NCBI RefSeq assembly: GCF_009914755.1
Contig: NC_060931.1
Direction: 5' to 3' (one strand)
DNA: 64,000 nucleotides
Source: the human T2T-CHM13v2.0 reference genome, Homo sapiens
Positions 18,770 to 41,529 of this stretch are shown in pieces (the stretch's first letter is position 1; every line of letters begins with the position of its first letter). Below the pieces are notes generated by a model. It ran no database searches. It was not told where the DNA came from and saw nothing but the letters and a program-made list of their open reading frames with translations. A program made the translations under genes and the position numbers.

Positions 18770-19270
18770 TGAGACATGACTGAAATTAGGAAAAGACAAT
18801 GATCCTAGCTCTTCATTGAGAAAATTCTGCCTCATCCCACCACTCGCCTGAGTCTTCAGCTCTCACTGTTAATAATGCTGACAGACAGACAGTCACCCAG
18901 CTGAGTCTTTGGAGTGAGTCCATGTTTGTAAGATGAGGCTCACACTATGTGGTTATAAGGAAGCAATGCCATCAGCCCATTCCCTCCAGGCTTATAATTT
19001 TCACGTCAACTATAAAGATAGTACAAGCTCTGGTTTTGTGATTTTAAGAAAGGGAACCATCAAGGGAAAATGAAACTTTTTGATTCCTAGAAAATACATT
19101 AGAAACAGCCATGCTCCAACTTTTCCATGTGTAAGCTTATTTCCCCAGGTATATTCAGCCCAGTGGGTTGTATGGTGTCTGTTCTTATAAACAAAACAGT
19201 GATCTCCCAATTACCCAACCTTCAAAATTGGTAAAACACAATGTCAGATTTTCCACTGCATTACTACTGG
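18770..19270 (-). promoter_or_regulatory. Candidate V1R promoter / non-coding first exon, copy A
   Basis: Non-repeat sequence homologous to 46085-46570; TTATAA at 18953-18958, TAATT motif, donor-like gtgact (18891-18896) and gcgagt (18842-18847). Confidence 0.6.
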
Positions 19271-20250
19271 TTCAAGTAATTCATGGTTGCCCTCACTAAT
19301 GTTCCCTAGTAATCTCTGATTTTCATGGTAAGAAGTAGACTAAAAGCACCTTTGTGAGAATCAGAAAAATCCCACCTCTATCAGACCTAAATGGGCAAAG
19401 TGCTCCATTTTCCTGAGGACACAGTTCTGAGTCAGGGCACTAGACATGGGAGCAAAATGTAGGCTGCTTTATACCTCTCACTACTTTGTCTGGGTACATT
19501 TATAGAGTATAGAAATGCACATCTATTTCAAGCAATGAGTGTTTGGATACAAACTGTCCATGCCAAGAGTTTTTTTTTTTTTTAGATATGAAGTATCAAA
19601 GGGTTATTCTACCACCCTGACCCTCAGGTTTCTTTGTGGCTTCCACTCACAGGAGTGCTTTACACACTCAGTAGTAGAGCACACATTTTATAGCAAAGGC
19701 CATTTTTGTTTTTTGGCTTCTGTGACACCAAACACGATTCTATTAAAACTAAAGTTAATCATAATTATCACTGCCTATTTGCTTTCTTAGTCTAATATTG
19801 TATGTTAAATTGTTGTATGTTAAAATAGTGATTTCTGTTTCTATAAGGCACTCAGCCTCTTTAGTTTCAGCATGGCTGTGCTCTCATGCAACATCTTTAA
19901 TTCTCTAAAAATCATGCCCTTCATTTGGCCTAAGTCAGGACCAAACAACTCACAGACTTTTATTGTCCACAAGTTTAATTCTTCCTGGTCACTGCATCCC
20001 CATCCAACATATCATCAGTTGTCATAAATATAATTTTATTTTCAATTCAATTTAAAAACAATTTCATTTCCTTTTTTTAGATCATAATTTAGTTGCCTTT
20101 TCTAAGCCTTTCAACTCTATTTAAATCTTTGTGTCTACTCATTGTAGAAAAACTGTCAAGAAGTAATTCTCTGAATGTGAAAGCTATCAATAAAAAATAA
20201 AGGCAATATAAGGCCTTCCAGGTAAACAAAAACTGAGTTGATTTCAACTA

Positions 20251-20427
<177 letters not shown>

Positions 20428-20429
20428 CT

Positions 20430-26548
<6,119 letters not shown>

Positions 26549-26649
26549 AAAGAAAGAGAGAGAGAGGAAGGAAGGAATGAAGGAAGGAAGGAAGGAAAGA
26601 AAGGAAAGAAAGGAAGAAAGAAGAAAGAAGAGGGAAAGAAGAAAGAAAG

Positions 26650-28520
<1,871 letters not shown>

Positions 28521-28905
28521 ATAACCTTGGACAAAGGGATTTCGTTGGGACAAAAAGTAATCACACTGAAATGCCTAACAGGAAAGAATGGAGAGTCAAT
28601 GCTTTGGGAATAAGATCTTTGAGAATTGCCCACATAGTTAAGACAATCTAGCAGGAAATGTACAGGATTAAGGCCAGGTGCCAGCTCAGAAAGACCTAGA
28701 AAGACCCTAATTTCTGATGTCTATTTGATCTTCAGTCTCTGGACAAGCAGAAAATACAGGGAAAGGCCAAGTTGGAAACATTCTGGTAAACTGGAAAAGG
28801 TATTCTACAAGAGACACACAGGACACAGCTTCCAGAACTTGGAATTTTTTGCATTGGTAAATGTATTTATTTAAGTTAGTAAGTTATTCTACAACTGACA
28901 CATAA

Positions 28906-29212
<307 letters not shown>

Positions 29213-29483
29213 TAATTTCAAATATTTATAGGGTATAGTGTAATGTCTTAAAACATATGTACATTGTGTTATAATAAAATTAGGGTAATCAGCATGTTCA
29301 TTATCTCAAGCCATTATCATTTCTTTATAGTAATGACTTTCAAGTTACTGTTTTCTAGCTATTGTAAAATATATGTCGTTGTTATACCATAGTTGTTATA
29401 GTCACCCAACTGTGTAATAGAACATCAGAACTTATTTTTTCTATCTGACTGTAACTTTGCACCCAATGAATGGCCTCCCTTAA

Positions 29484-29833
<350 letters not shown>

Positions 29834-31350
29834 ACACCAGTCTATGCTTAACTTCTGCAAGATCAGCTTTCCTATATTCCACTTATTAGTGAGCACATAC
29901 AGTATTTGTTTTTCAGTCTATGGTTTATTTCATTGAACATTATATTATCTAGGTTCACACATATTGCCACAAATGACAGTATTTTGTTCCTTTCCAAAGT
30001 CAAATAGCATTCCATTGTGTCTATATACCACGTTTTCTTTATATATTTATTTATTGATGGACGCGTTTTGATTTCATCTCTTGGCTACCGTGAATAGTGC
30101 TGGAATAAACTGATAGTGCAAATATCTTTTTGACATACTGATTTTAATTACTTTGGCTATATAACAGTAGTTCAATAATGAACCATATGTTAGCTCTATT
30201 TTTAATTTTTTGAGAACTCACCATACTACTTTTTATAATGATTGTACTAAGCTACATCCCCATCAACAGTGACAAAGAGTTTTCCTCTCACTACAGCCTC
30301 ATGTGTATTTGTTATATTTTGTCTTCTTGGTACTAGCCATTGTTACTAGGGCGGGAGGATATCTCATTATAGCTTCAATTTTCATTTCCCTTATAGTTAG
30401 TAATGTTGAGCATTTTGTTATAAACCTGCCAGTCATTTGTACACTTTTTTTGGAAAACTGTCTATTAAGGTATTTTGTCATTTTTAAATTGGATTATTTG
30501 TTTTGTTGTGTGGTTTGTTTGCTTGCTGGTTAGTTGTTTGAATCCTTTATATACTCAGGATATTTGTATGGTTTGCAAATGTTTGTTCCCATTCTGTATC
30601 TTGTCTCTTCACTATGTTGATTGCTTTGTTTGCTTTGCACCCTTTTAGTTTGATATAATCTACTTGCCTTATTTTCTATTGTTGCCTATGCTCTTGAGGT
30701 CCTATACAAAAATTTCATTTAAAGATCAATGTCATACAGAATTCCCCATTTGTTTTCTTCAAGTAGTATTATAGTTTTGGGTTGTATACTTAAGTTCTTA
30801 ATGCATTGAAGTGGATTTTTTAATATGGTAAGAAATAAGGATCTGGTTTTACTAGCCTGCATGTAGATATACAGTTTTTTTCAGCATCATTTATTGAAGA
30901 GACTATTTTTCTCCAATGTGTGTTCTTGTCACCTTTGTCAAAAAATCATCTGTCTTTTTAGTGTGGATTTATTTCTGGGTTCTCTAATCTGTTCCACTGG
31001 TCTAAGTGTCTGTTGTTATTGACAGTACCATGTTGTTTTTGTTACCATAGATTTGTAGTATGTCTTGAAGTCACGTGATGCGATATGTCCAGCTTTGTGT
31101 GTGTTCTTTCTCTCAAGATTACTTTGGCTATTTTTGGTATTTTTTTATTTCATTTGAATTTTATTTTTTTTCTATTTCTATTTCTAGATTTCTAGAATTT
31201 CATTGACATTTTGATGAAAATTGTCATAAATATGTAGATCATTTTGGAAAATGCAAACATATTAATTATATTATTCTTCAAATATGAAGGCAGAATATGC
31301 TTTTTTGGTATAGTTAATTTTTTTCATCAGTGTTTTATATTACTGTTTAC

Positions 31351-31398
31351 GTTACTTTTAATAGCAAAAACTGCAATTACTTCTGCACCAACCTAATA
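31351..31398. mobile_element. MADE1 (mariner MITE) fragment
   Basis: ttacttttaatagcaaaaactgcaattacttctgcaccaacctaata matches the MADE1 centre and right TIR. Confidence 0.8.
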
Positions 31399-32926
31399 AT
31401 TATTGTAGATCTCTTACACCTCCTTGGTTAAATTTATTTCTAGGTATTTTATTTTACTCTGTAGCAATTATTTATAAGATTGCTTTCTTAATTCTTAATT
31501 TCTTTTTCAAATACTTTGTTACTGACATATAGAAATGCTACTTATTTTGTATGTTGATTTGGCATCCTGCCACTTTAGTAAGTTAATGTATTAGTTCTAA
31601 TAGTTTCTTAATGGAATCAAGATTTTCTATATACATAATCATGCCATCAGTGAACAAAAACAACTTCACTTCCTTTTTACCAATTCAGATGTCCTTTTTT
31701 TCTTTCTCTTGCATAGTTGCTCTGGCTGGGACTTCAAGTACTATGTTGAAAAAAAATGGTAGAGGTGGGCATACTTGCCTGGTTACATATCTTGGGGAAG
31801 GGCTTTTAATTTTCCCCCATTTAGTATGATGTTAGCTATTGGTTTTTCATATGTGGCTTTTTATTTTGTGGAGGTATGTTCCTCCAATATCGAAATTTTA
31901 GAGAGTTTTTATCTTTAAAACTCTTTATGAGCGGTGCTAAATTTTACTGAATACATGTTTTTGGATGTGTTGAAATGACTATATAGTTTTTGACTTTGAT
32001 TATGTTATGATGAATCTTGTTTATTGATATGACTATATTGAACCATTTTTGCATCTTTGGGATAAACTCCGCTTTCTCATGGTAAATATTCTTTTTAAAA
32101 TGTTGTTGAGTTCAAATTCCTGGCATTTTTTCAAATATTTTTGCATCTGTGTTCATGAGAGATATTGATCCGTAGTTTTACTTTCTGTTGTGATTTTGGT
32201 ATCATGGTAATACTGGCCTTGTAGAATGAGTTTGCAGTAATTTCCTCCTCTTTCATATTTTGTAAAGATTTAAGAAGTATTGGTATTAATTCTTCTTTAA
32301 ATGTTTTCAGACGTTAACAGTAAAGCCATTAGTCCCTGGGCTTTTCTTTGAGAGGAGAGTTTTTATTTCTAGTTTGATCTTGTTACTAATTATTTGTCTT
32401 TTTATATTTGCTATTTTTTCATGATTTAATCTTGATAGGTTGCATGTTTCCACAGATTTATCTATTTTTTTCCCAGTTTTTCATTTTATTGACATACAGT
32501 TGATCTTAATAGTCTCTTGTGATCCTTTGTATGTCTGTGGTAGCAGTTGTGATTTCTCCCTTTTTATTTCTACTTTTATTTATTTGACTCTTCTCTGTTA
32601 CTTTCTTAGTCTATTAGGAAGTGTTGATTTTATTATTTCAAAAAACCAACTTCATCATTTGTATTTTCAATTTTTAATTCTCTATTTTATTTATTTTTAC
32701 TTGGATTTTTGTTATTTCTTCCCTTCTACTTTTTGACATTTGTTTCTTCTTGTTTTGCTGGTTCTTTGAGATGTAATATTAGGTTATTTATTAGAAATAT
32801 ATCTTCTTTTTCATGTAGGTGTTTATTGTTATAAACTTTTCTCTTATAACTGCTTTTGCTGTATCTCAAATTTTTTTGATATGTGGTATTTTCATTTTCA
32901 TTTGTCTCAAGAAAATCAGTTTTCAA

Positions 32927-35290
32927 TTTTTTTCAAAATAAAAATTTATTTAATCTGTAACAAGATCATTGAATCTGCACATTTGCAAGCAAGTTCACAT
33001 TTAAATACAGCAGAGCACATCAGTAATAAAAAAAATCTATAATACAAGTGGAACATCCCAACCACCAGGAAGATTAAGGAAGGAGATGAGACCACTCTGT
33101 ATTCTGCTTTCAAATGCCTCAAAATGGTCCCAGAGATTCCAGGGAGCATCTGCTTTAATAAAATGCGAGCATAAAAGTTTGGGGTGGCTTGGGGCAAAGG
33201 TAATAGTCAGAGGGAGAGTCTTCTGGACTTGTTTTCCATGTTTAGAACAAGTCCTATAAAACAAAGCAGAAAGCAAAAAAAAAAAAAAAAGAAGAACAAA
33301 AAAAGAAAAAGAAAAGAAAAGGCACCTTTAGATATGCCAAGCAAACCAAAATCCAACAAAACATAAAAATCAAACATTTTCCTGTGGGCTTACTGATTGG
33401 GAAGCACTTCAGGGCCAGTTACCCAGTATTTTAGTTTGGGTATTAGCTCTGCATGTGTACACAGGACGCTGCCACCAACATTGCTTTGAGGACACAGATG
33501 GCAGCACCAGTCAAATGCCTCTTGGGGGATCTTCAAGCTGATTAAGGATGATTCTAATTTAGAAATCCTGTCCTAGATCTCTGGGGCACTGAGAAAATGA
33601 GGCCGGTTTTCTTCTCATAGCAGGAGCCAGCGCCGTTCACCCTCCATTTCCAGGCTGAAAAAGTACAGAAGCACCTTGCAGTAGCTCTTTATGGTGTCAA
33701 GGGACCCCACGCCCTGGGAGAAGGGTTAGGAGTTTGCAGCTTCCGGCTTTGGTGGCAGGCCTTTTCCTAATATGGGTGTCAGAGGAGTTGAGGCAACAAA
33801 TATGCTTGTGTCTAATACATGCCTTGATCTTTTAATTTGGAAGGGAAAACAAAGTCCAAGATGCTTTTAAGTTGGATTGGTGCTGAAACAACTAAAATTT
33901 CATCTTATCCACCATGAAAAAGCAAAACAAAATTTGAAAAATGACACTAGCCGTTCACCATTACAGCCATCACTATAAGGCACACCATCACTGAGGAAAT
34001 GACAACTATTTCCGTAGAGAGTGCTGGATCAGAGTGCAGGACACAGATGGAAGTCAGCTTCAGGGTATACTCACTTATTCACAAGGGCTGACCATAATGG
34101 CACTGCTCTGCATGAGGACTCACAGGACAGCTAGGGCACTGATGCCTGCAGGACTGCGTGGCCAACAAGATGATGCACATTTAATATTCAAAATGTAAAC
34201 AAAGTATCCACAAATAGTCCAAAAAAGCCTGGGGGCTGTCCCCTTTCCTGAGCAGGTCTCAGGGAAGAACCAGCCCCATCCCCATCTGACCCAGGTCTCA
34301 GCCCAGGAGCCTGCATAGGGAAGAAAGGACAGACAGGGCCTCCATGCGGCTGACACTCAGGAGGGGCCGGGGCAAGAGAGCAGAGGGAGCATAGGGCCAG
34401 GCAGGGGCTGCTCAGGATCCATGGGGGCTCAGGGTGCACAATGGGGCCGCCCCTTCTGGGCTACAGGCAGCATCCCCTATGGGACCTGAGAAAGTCCAGT
34501 CCTGCGATGGGACAGTGCTGCCCAGGGGTGTGTGGCTGGGCCCTGACAGCAGTCTCCCCAAAAGTGACCACATCACCAGGCTCAGTTCCAGGAAGGCTGA
34601 GAAGTGCCCAGTACACCGAGGATGCATCTGGAGCCCATCCTGTCTAACGGACTCTGACCATCCTGCATCCACTTGCCTCTCCTACATATTGGCCACCACC
34701 CCTTCACTTTTCCTCATTTCTCCATCGTGTCTGACCCAGAGGCTGTGACCCTCTCTCCAGCCACAGTAGCCCTTTTTTTACCCTTGTCCTGTCAGAGCTC
34801 CTGAGCAAGACTCCCCAGATCCATCCACATGCCTGCCTTGTCCACTTGTGCTGCTGTGCACTGCTGGGGTGGCACCAGAGGCAATGAGGTTGTCTGAGGG
34901 CCCCACAGGTGGCCAGCTTGGCCCTTTACCTCATCCCTAGCCTCAGGGGGGTTCTTAGGGCTGTCAGCCAGCAGCTCTGGATTAGGGCACCTGGCTGTCC
35001 TCCCATTGTATTTTTCTGACTCTGCCTCGCTCACCTATCCTCTGTCCATGGTGCTGACCAAGCCAGCAGGGAGCAGGTCCCCAGAGGGTGCTGTTGAGCT
35101 TTGGGGACCGACCGAGGCTCCTCTGCTGAGGGGTCCCAGGTGAGTCGCTGCCCCTGGTTCTACGTCATCTGCTGTCCTTTTCAGCACCATCCCCCCCGCC
35201 CCACCCCAGGCCGGCTCCATGCAGATGCATTCCAGAGTCACCAGTCTCAGGGTCCTCTGTTGTAGGATGGAGATTACTGTACCTTCTGTA
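32927..35290 (-). other. Unidentified 3'-UTR-like processed-transcript or duplicon fragment
   Basis: Abrupt GC rise between L1 sequences; on the minus strand AATAAA (32945-32950) is followed shortly by A7 (32927-32933); second ATTAAA at 34180-34185; no recognisable CDS. Confidence 0.5.
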
Positions 35291-35339
35291 CGCATTCATA
35301 TTTATTGTGTGAAATAAAGTATAGAATCTAAAGTAAATG

Positions 35340-36620
35340 AGGACTTTGATTTGCATTTTCCTGATGATTACTGATGTTGAGCACTTCTTAGCCATTTTTA
35401 TATCTTTTTTTAAAGATAAATGTCTATTCCGGTTCTTTGCTTGTTTTTAAATCAGGTTATTAGATTTTGGTGAGTTGTTTCTCTTTTTTTCTGTTCAGTT
35501 GTGTGGATTTCTTATGTATTTTGATATTAATCCCTTGTGAGATATATTGTTAGCAAATATTTTCTCCGAGTTCGTAAGCTTCTTTTTAATTTCATTGATT
35601 GGTTTCTCCTGTGCAGAAGCTTTAGGGTTAGATGTACTCCTACTTGTATTTTTTATTTTTGTTGCTTGTGCTTTTAATGTCATATTTAATAAATTATTAT
35701 CTGAACCAATGTCAAGGAGTTTTGCCCTATGTATTCTTCTAGGAATTTTACAGTTTCTGATTAAATAACAATGGGATATCACCTCCCATCTCTTAGGATG
35801 GCTGTTATAAAAAGGACAAGATATAACAAGTGTTGGTGATGGTGTGGAGAGAAGGGAACCTTCGTACACTGCTGATTGAAATGTAAGCTAGTACAGCCAT
35901 TATGGAAAACAGTATGAAGCTTCCTGAAAATCTAAAAGTAGAATTACCATATGGCTCAGCAACCCCTCTTATAAATTATATGTCGACAGGAAATGAAATC
36001 AGCATCTTGTAGAGATATCTGCACTCCCCTCTTCTCCGTGCCCCACCGCAGCATCATTCCCAACAGCCAAGCCATGGGATCACGTTACTGTGCATTGATG
36101 GACAAGTGGAGAAAAAAAAATGTGGGGGAGGTGTTTGTGTGTGTGTGTGTGTGTATAATACATTATATAATATAATATTTTTCAGCTTTTAAAAAGGAGA
36201 AGATACTGCCATTTGTGATAACATAAATGATCCTGGAGGATATTAAGCTAAGTGAAATAGCTTAGGGAGAGAGGAAAATACTGCATAATTTCTGTTATAT
36301 ATGAAATCTTTAAAAAGAGTAAATACATAGATACAGGACAGAATGATAACTAGGGGGAGAAAAAACACAACTCAACATTTCAGTTTATAAAATAAATGAA
36401 TCTAGAGGACTAAAGTACAGTTTAAAGGTTATAGTTACTATTTTTATATGATATACTGGTAATTTTTTAACAGGGTAAACTTTAGGTGCTTTGACACCAA
36501 AAGGAAACTACATGAGTTCATGCATATGTTAAATTGTTTTACTGTAGTCATCATTGATATGCGTATATATATAATTATGGGCTCATTAAATTTAAATATT
36601 ATAAATAGGTAACAAAGAAT
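35340..36620. mobile_element. Old L1MA element with a 5' inversion (35340-35758 minus; 35762-36620 plus)
   Basis: Minus piece ends at atgcaaatcaaa; plus piece starts at the next L1 consensus words acaatgggatatcacctc. Confidence 0.7.
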
Positions 36621-37309
36621 AAAATTAATTAGAAAACTGTCATTAAACTTGATTTTGCCTAAATGACAAACTAAAACTACCTCCTAAATATTACTATTTG
36701 AACATCACATAAACTTCATATATTGGAAATATGTTTGAAGGAAAGGAATTATAGATTTTAATAAACACAAAATGACACAGTAAATGCAAAACAGTAAAAA
36801 GAGATGAAAATTGGATTAATCAGAGTGATTAATGCTTAGATATAATTAATGATATGTTAGGTGCAATTTCAAACCATTTACACATAGATTTAATACCAAA
36901 GAGTTTAATGTATACACAGAGATCAATTAAATGAAAAATTGATACATTTACAATGACATTAATTGATATTAAAATGATCATGGAAATCAACTGTCTGGTA
37001 TAGAAAAAATAAAGAGTGTTAAGTATTAGAAAGTTTGAAACTTTATTAGAAAGTTAATTAAGTGGAAAAGGGATCAGCATTTTTGAGCACTAAAAAAGAG
37101 GATGGACATAATTTTCCAATACCAAGAAAATCATTTACTATTGCAAGGTTTTAAACCTAAATTAGTGTCTTTAACTTCACAAAGTCACAAATCCTATAAG
37201 CAGTATTTCTTGAACACTGTAAAATGACAATAAAAATTACAGTGTAACCAACAAGTAATGTGTAGCCACATGCAAATTTCCTTTCAGATTTATTATTTTT
37301 TAATTATTA

Positions 37310-37603
<294 letters not shown>

Positions 37604-37624
37604 CTATTTTTTACTTTTATGTGA

Positions 37625-37763
37625 ATTTTTTATTTCAATAGGTTTTTGGGGAAGAGGTTGTGTTTGGTTACAGGGATAAGTTTTTTCGTGGTGATTTCTG
37701 AGATTTTGTGCACCCATCACCTGAGCAGTGTACACTGTACTCAATGGGTAGTCTTTTATCCCT
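37625..37763 (-). mobile_element. L1PB-like 3' end fragment
   Basis: gtgcacccatcacctgagcagtgtacactgtac. Confidence 0.65.
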
Positions 37764-38649
37764 AAAATTGTTTTAAATGACATCTAGGTTAAATGGAAAA
37801 TTCAAACTGAGATTACTTTTACAGCACCAGAGAAATGCTAAGGAGGAAGCTTTGTAACTGAAACCAAAAGACTGAATTTATATATTTAACTCTACTAATT
37901 AAGTTTCTTAATTTTATAGAAAAACAGCAATTCTGCCCACGTGCAGGAGTTATGCATTAAAGTGGAGCATGATCACTTCAGACATTTGTCCAAAACATAA
38001 AAATTCTTCCAAGTATTAAGAAAATATTTATACTTCACAGATAATGTTAGTGTATAATACATGGGCATTGAGATGTTTTAAATGAGAAAAATTGCAATTT
38101 CTCATGGGGCACTGTTCTACACAAAATATTTATGTAACATTTTTTACTCATATATGCATGTGGACATTTGCTGTTTTAGTACAGAATAACATATTCTCAA
38201 AGGTCACTTAATGTAGTAAATTAAAAATATTTAAAGTTTACAAGAATTCTGAAACTGCCCAGCAGAGCTGGTAGAAAAATACGGGAACTTCCCAGGACCA
38301 GAAGTGAATCAAGAGGCAAATTCATAGGAGTTACGATAGCAAGAAGTTAGAGCTGCCTTCAGGTACAGCTCTGATTGCAGGGCTGATTACAAAGACCTCA
38401 AGCCTGTGAGGATCGTCCACTCTGCCCCTTGGAATAAACACAGAAAATTACTAAATGGGGCCATCCCAAATGTGAGATCTCTATAATTGTAAGTAATGAA
38501 GCACACAAAATAAGCTACCCAAAAAAGGGAAAGAAGAAATTATACATCACATAAACTTCACAGATTGGAAACATATTTAAAATAATTCAGTAACACAAAT
38601 GGGGAAAGAGAATATCAAAATAATTTTGAAAACACATGAAGTTCTAAAG

Positions 38650-38951
38650 CGGGCACTGGGGGCAGTGGCTCATGCCTGTACTCCCAGCACTTTGCGGGGG
38701 CCAAGGCAGGAGGATCACTTGCCGCCGGGAGTTTGAGACCAGCCTGGGCAACAAAGCAAAAACTGTCTCTACAATAAATAGATATGAAAAAATGATCCAG
38801 GCACAGTGGCATGTGCTTGTAGTGTCAGCTACTGGGGAGGTGGAGGTGAGAGGGTCTCTTGAGACCAGGAATTTGAGGTTGCAGTGAGCTATGACCACCA
38901 CTGAACTCAAGCCTGGGTGACAGATTCTTCTCAAATACACACAGACGTGCG

Positions 38952-38990
<39 letters not shown>
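38650..38990 (+). mobile_element. AluJ with a (CG)n(CA)n tail
   Basis: J-type gaggatcacttg; alternating purine-pyrimidine run at 38936-38990. Confidence 0.8.
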
Positions 38991-38993
<3 letters not shown>

Positions 38994-39886
38994 GCAGGCA
39001 TGTTTTACAAAGACTCAAATAGAAATTGAACAACTGAAACTTAAATAAACTTAATATACAATGTATGGTTTAATTATTAAATTAGGCCAAGTTAATAACA
39101 GGATTAATGAACTAGAATAATGAAATGAAGAAATAAACGAACTACAGAAAAACAAAATGATCACAATACAAATATGATTATACTATACATGTACAAAGAA
39201 TAAAATGAGATGAAATCAAACACATAGGTTTCACTAGCTTACATACAAGTAACAAATCATACTAATAAATATTTATAAATTTCTGAAACTGAATATCAGG
39301 AACTCTTGAATGCAGAAGTGTATTGTGATTAAAAGTGACCACCAACAAAAAAATACTCAACAGAAATAAAAGTCAAACTGCGTAACACCAAAAAAAAGAA
39401 AAAAATCTTTAAAGCCTTGAGAGAGAAAAGAAGAGAGAACCAACGAAGGTGAGAGCAAAGTCTCCACAGCCTGTGTTCAGCCAGAAAACAGAGAAATAAG
39501 TAAGAGTGCTGAGAGAAGTTACTGTTCAACCAATAATTAGATACTTCACTAACATATTTTGAATAAGTAAGGATGCACTAAATGATTTCCAAAAGTAAAT
39601 AAATGAGAAATCTTATTACCAATATGAGGTTATTAAGAATATACTTCAAAAAGAAAAAAATTAAAATGAAGTTCAAGAAATCAAAATGAAATGCAAGAAA
39701 CTGCAAACATACTGGGCTATGAAATCATGGTGGACAATGAACTAAAGGATCCATCAAGTCTTTGGCAGCATCAGTTTCCAAATGATTTACATAAAATGAC
39801 AGTGTTTGCAATGAAATAAAATATCAAATCCTCTGATACTTGAATAATTTAACTGATGTTAGAATCTCCTTTTCAGATAATTATTT

Positions 39887-40815
39887 TCATAGAAAAAATA
39901 TACAATACTTCTGTCTCATCATTTGCAGAATATCAGTTATCCTTTTTTCAGACCTTATTAGCACCAAAGGGCTCACAGTGGCATAGGCACTGGTCACATG
40001 CCTCTGGACACCCAGGACGACTGGGTCATATGTTGATATCAGGATTGAGTAGGATGAGAGACTCAAATCCATCTGGTACATGACCACAAAGAAACTCACC
40101 AACAGCAAGATGGTCTCTGTGGCCTTTTTCTGGAGAAACTCTTGGGGAGAGTCTGGTGCTGTGAAGGTGCTGGGATCACCACTGATGCCTGCACAAGAGA
40201 GTCACCATGTATGCACTGGAGAGCAGCATAATTCCCACAAAGGACACATCTCTGGATAATGAGAGAGTAAGAAAAATAAGGTGGCTGATGATGACTTCCT
40301 TGGGGAAATGAGGCAGTATTTATTGAGTGTCAGAAAACTGGTGTGAGTCGTATTGGAAGAAACCACAGTGTAGAAGATTATGTAACTACTGCAGGACAAA
40401 CTGAAGGACCATAAGAAGACAAGAACATGTGAAATGTGATTTGTGAATTTATATTTAAACCTCACCAACCAGGAGGTCCTGGGGCTGATGATGATGGCCT
40501 GGAGCATGCTCAGGAGGCAGGTGATGCAGATGGAGAGTCCCTCATCACCCCGCTCACCTAGAAATGCATCTTACACTTGAAATCATCTTGAAAATGAAGG
40601 GACTTAAAAAGGTCTTGAGACACCAAGAACACAATGGTGAGCAGCATCATGATGTGGACGAGGTCCAAGTGACTGGTGGTCAGGTCAGTGAGCTTGAGAT
40701 CCAGAAGGAGCGTCATGATACAAGAGAAAAAGAGGAGGATGTTGGTGGAGACTCCAACATCAGCTTGGGCAAAGAAGGCACTTTTGAATGATAACGTTAA
40801 GTGGAAACTGTTCAT
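39887..40815 (-). pseudogene. Vomeronasal type-1 receptor (V1R/VN1R) pseudogene, copy B
   Basis: MNSFHLTLSFKSAFFAQADVGVSTNILLF...DFKCK; TAG at 40558; LSICITCLLSMLQAIIISP, LLVSFFVVMY, SAYATVSPLVLIRSEKRI; several frameshifts. Confidence 0.93.
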
Positions 40816-41529
40816 TTTAATGGCAAATAGGAAATATTTTATGTAGCTGAAAAAAACAACCAATAGAACTTCCATCATCAATGTTACTTCAAATTCAAAA
40901 TTATCACCGTCATTATCATTTTAAATCCATCCATTCATTTTGATTAATGTTGATCATCACATATAAATTCTTAAACATCCAGCCTGATCATTATATGATC
41001 AACCAAATTAACATAGTTGAGCGAACACGCACACATTCACAGTCACCCCTGTAGAGGGCGCACATTATCTGTACTCCTATAGTACCAAGGACACACTTTT
41101 TTAGTAAGCATTTAGTTCTCACTTTTTGCATTCCTTCATTTAGTTTTCACCACCCAGAACTGTGACATGGTGAATCATGGGTGACATGGGTATGAATCAT
41201 GGGTGTTTGTAGAACTGAAGTAGATTTTGTGCTAATGGAAAAAGCAATCACCAGAAGTATTTTGGAAAAAAATAATAATGCATTGAGTGGCTGTCATATC
41301 ACATCACTCTGACATCATGCTGAATATCACATTCATGCATGCAACGTTTCATGTATCCTATAAAAATTATATAACAGACACATAGCAGAAGGTGTTCTTT
41401 TCAGATAGTTTTGTGATAGCAAAAAAAAAAAAAATCTCCCTATTAGCAATTAGTATAATAGGATTAAACGTAGTTTTATTATGGTCCTCTACTAAAAGCT
41501 TCTTAATGTGAAGTATATTGAAAGTCTTG

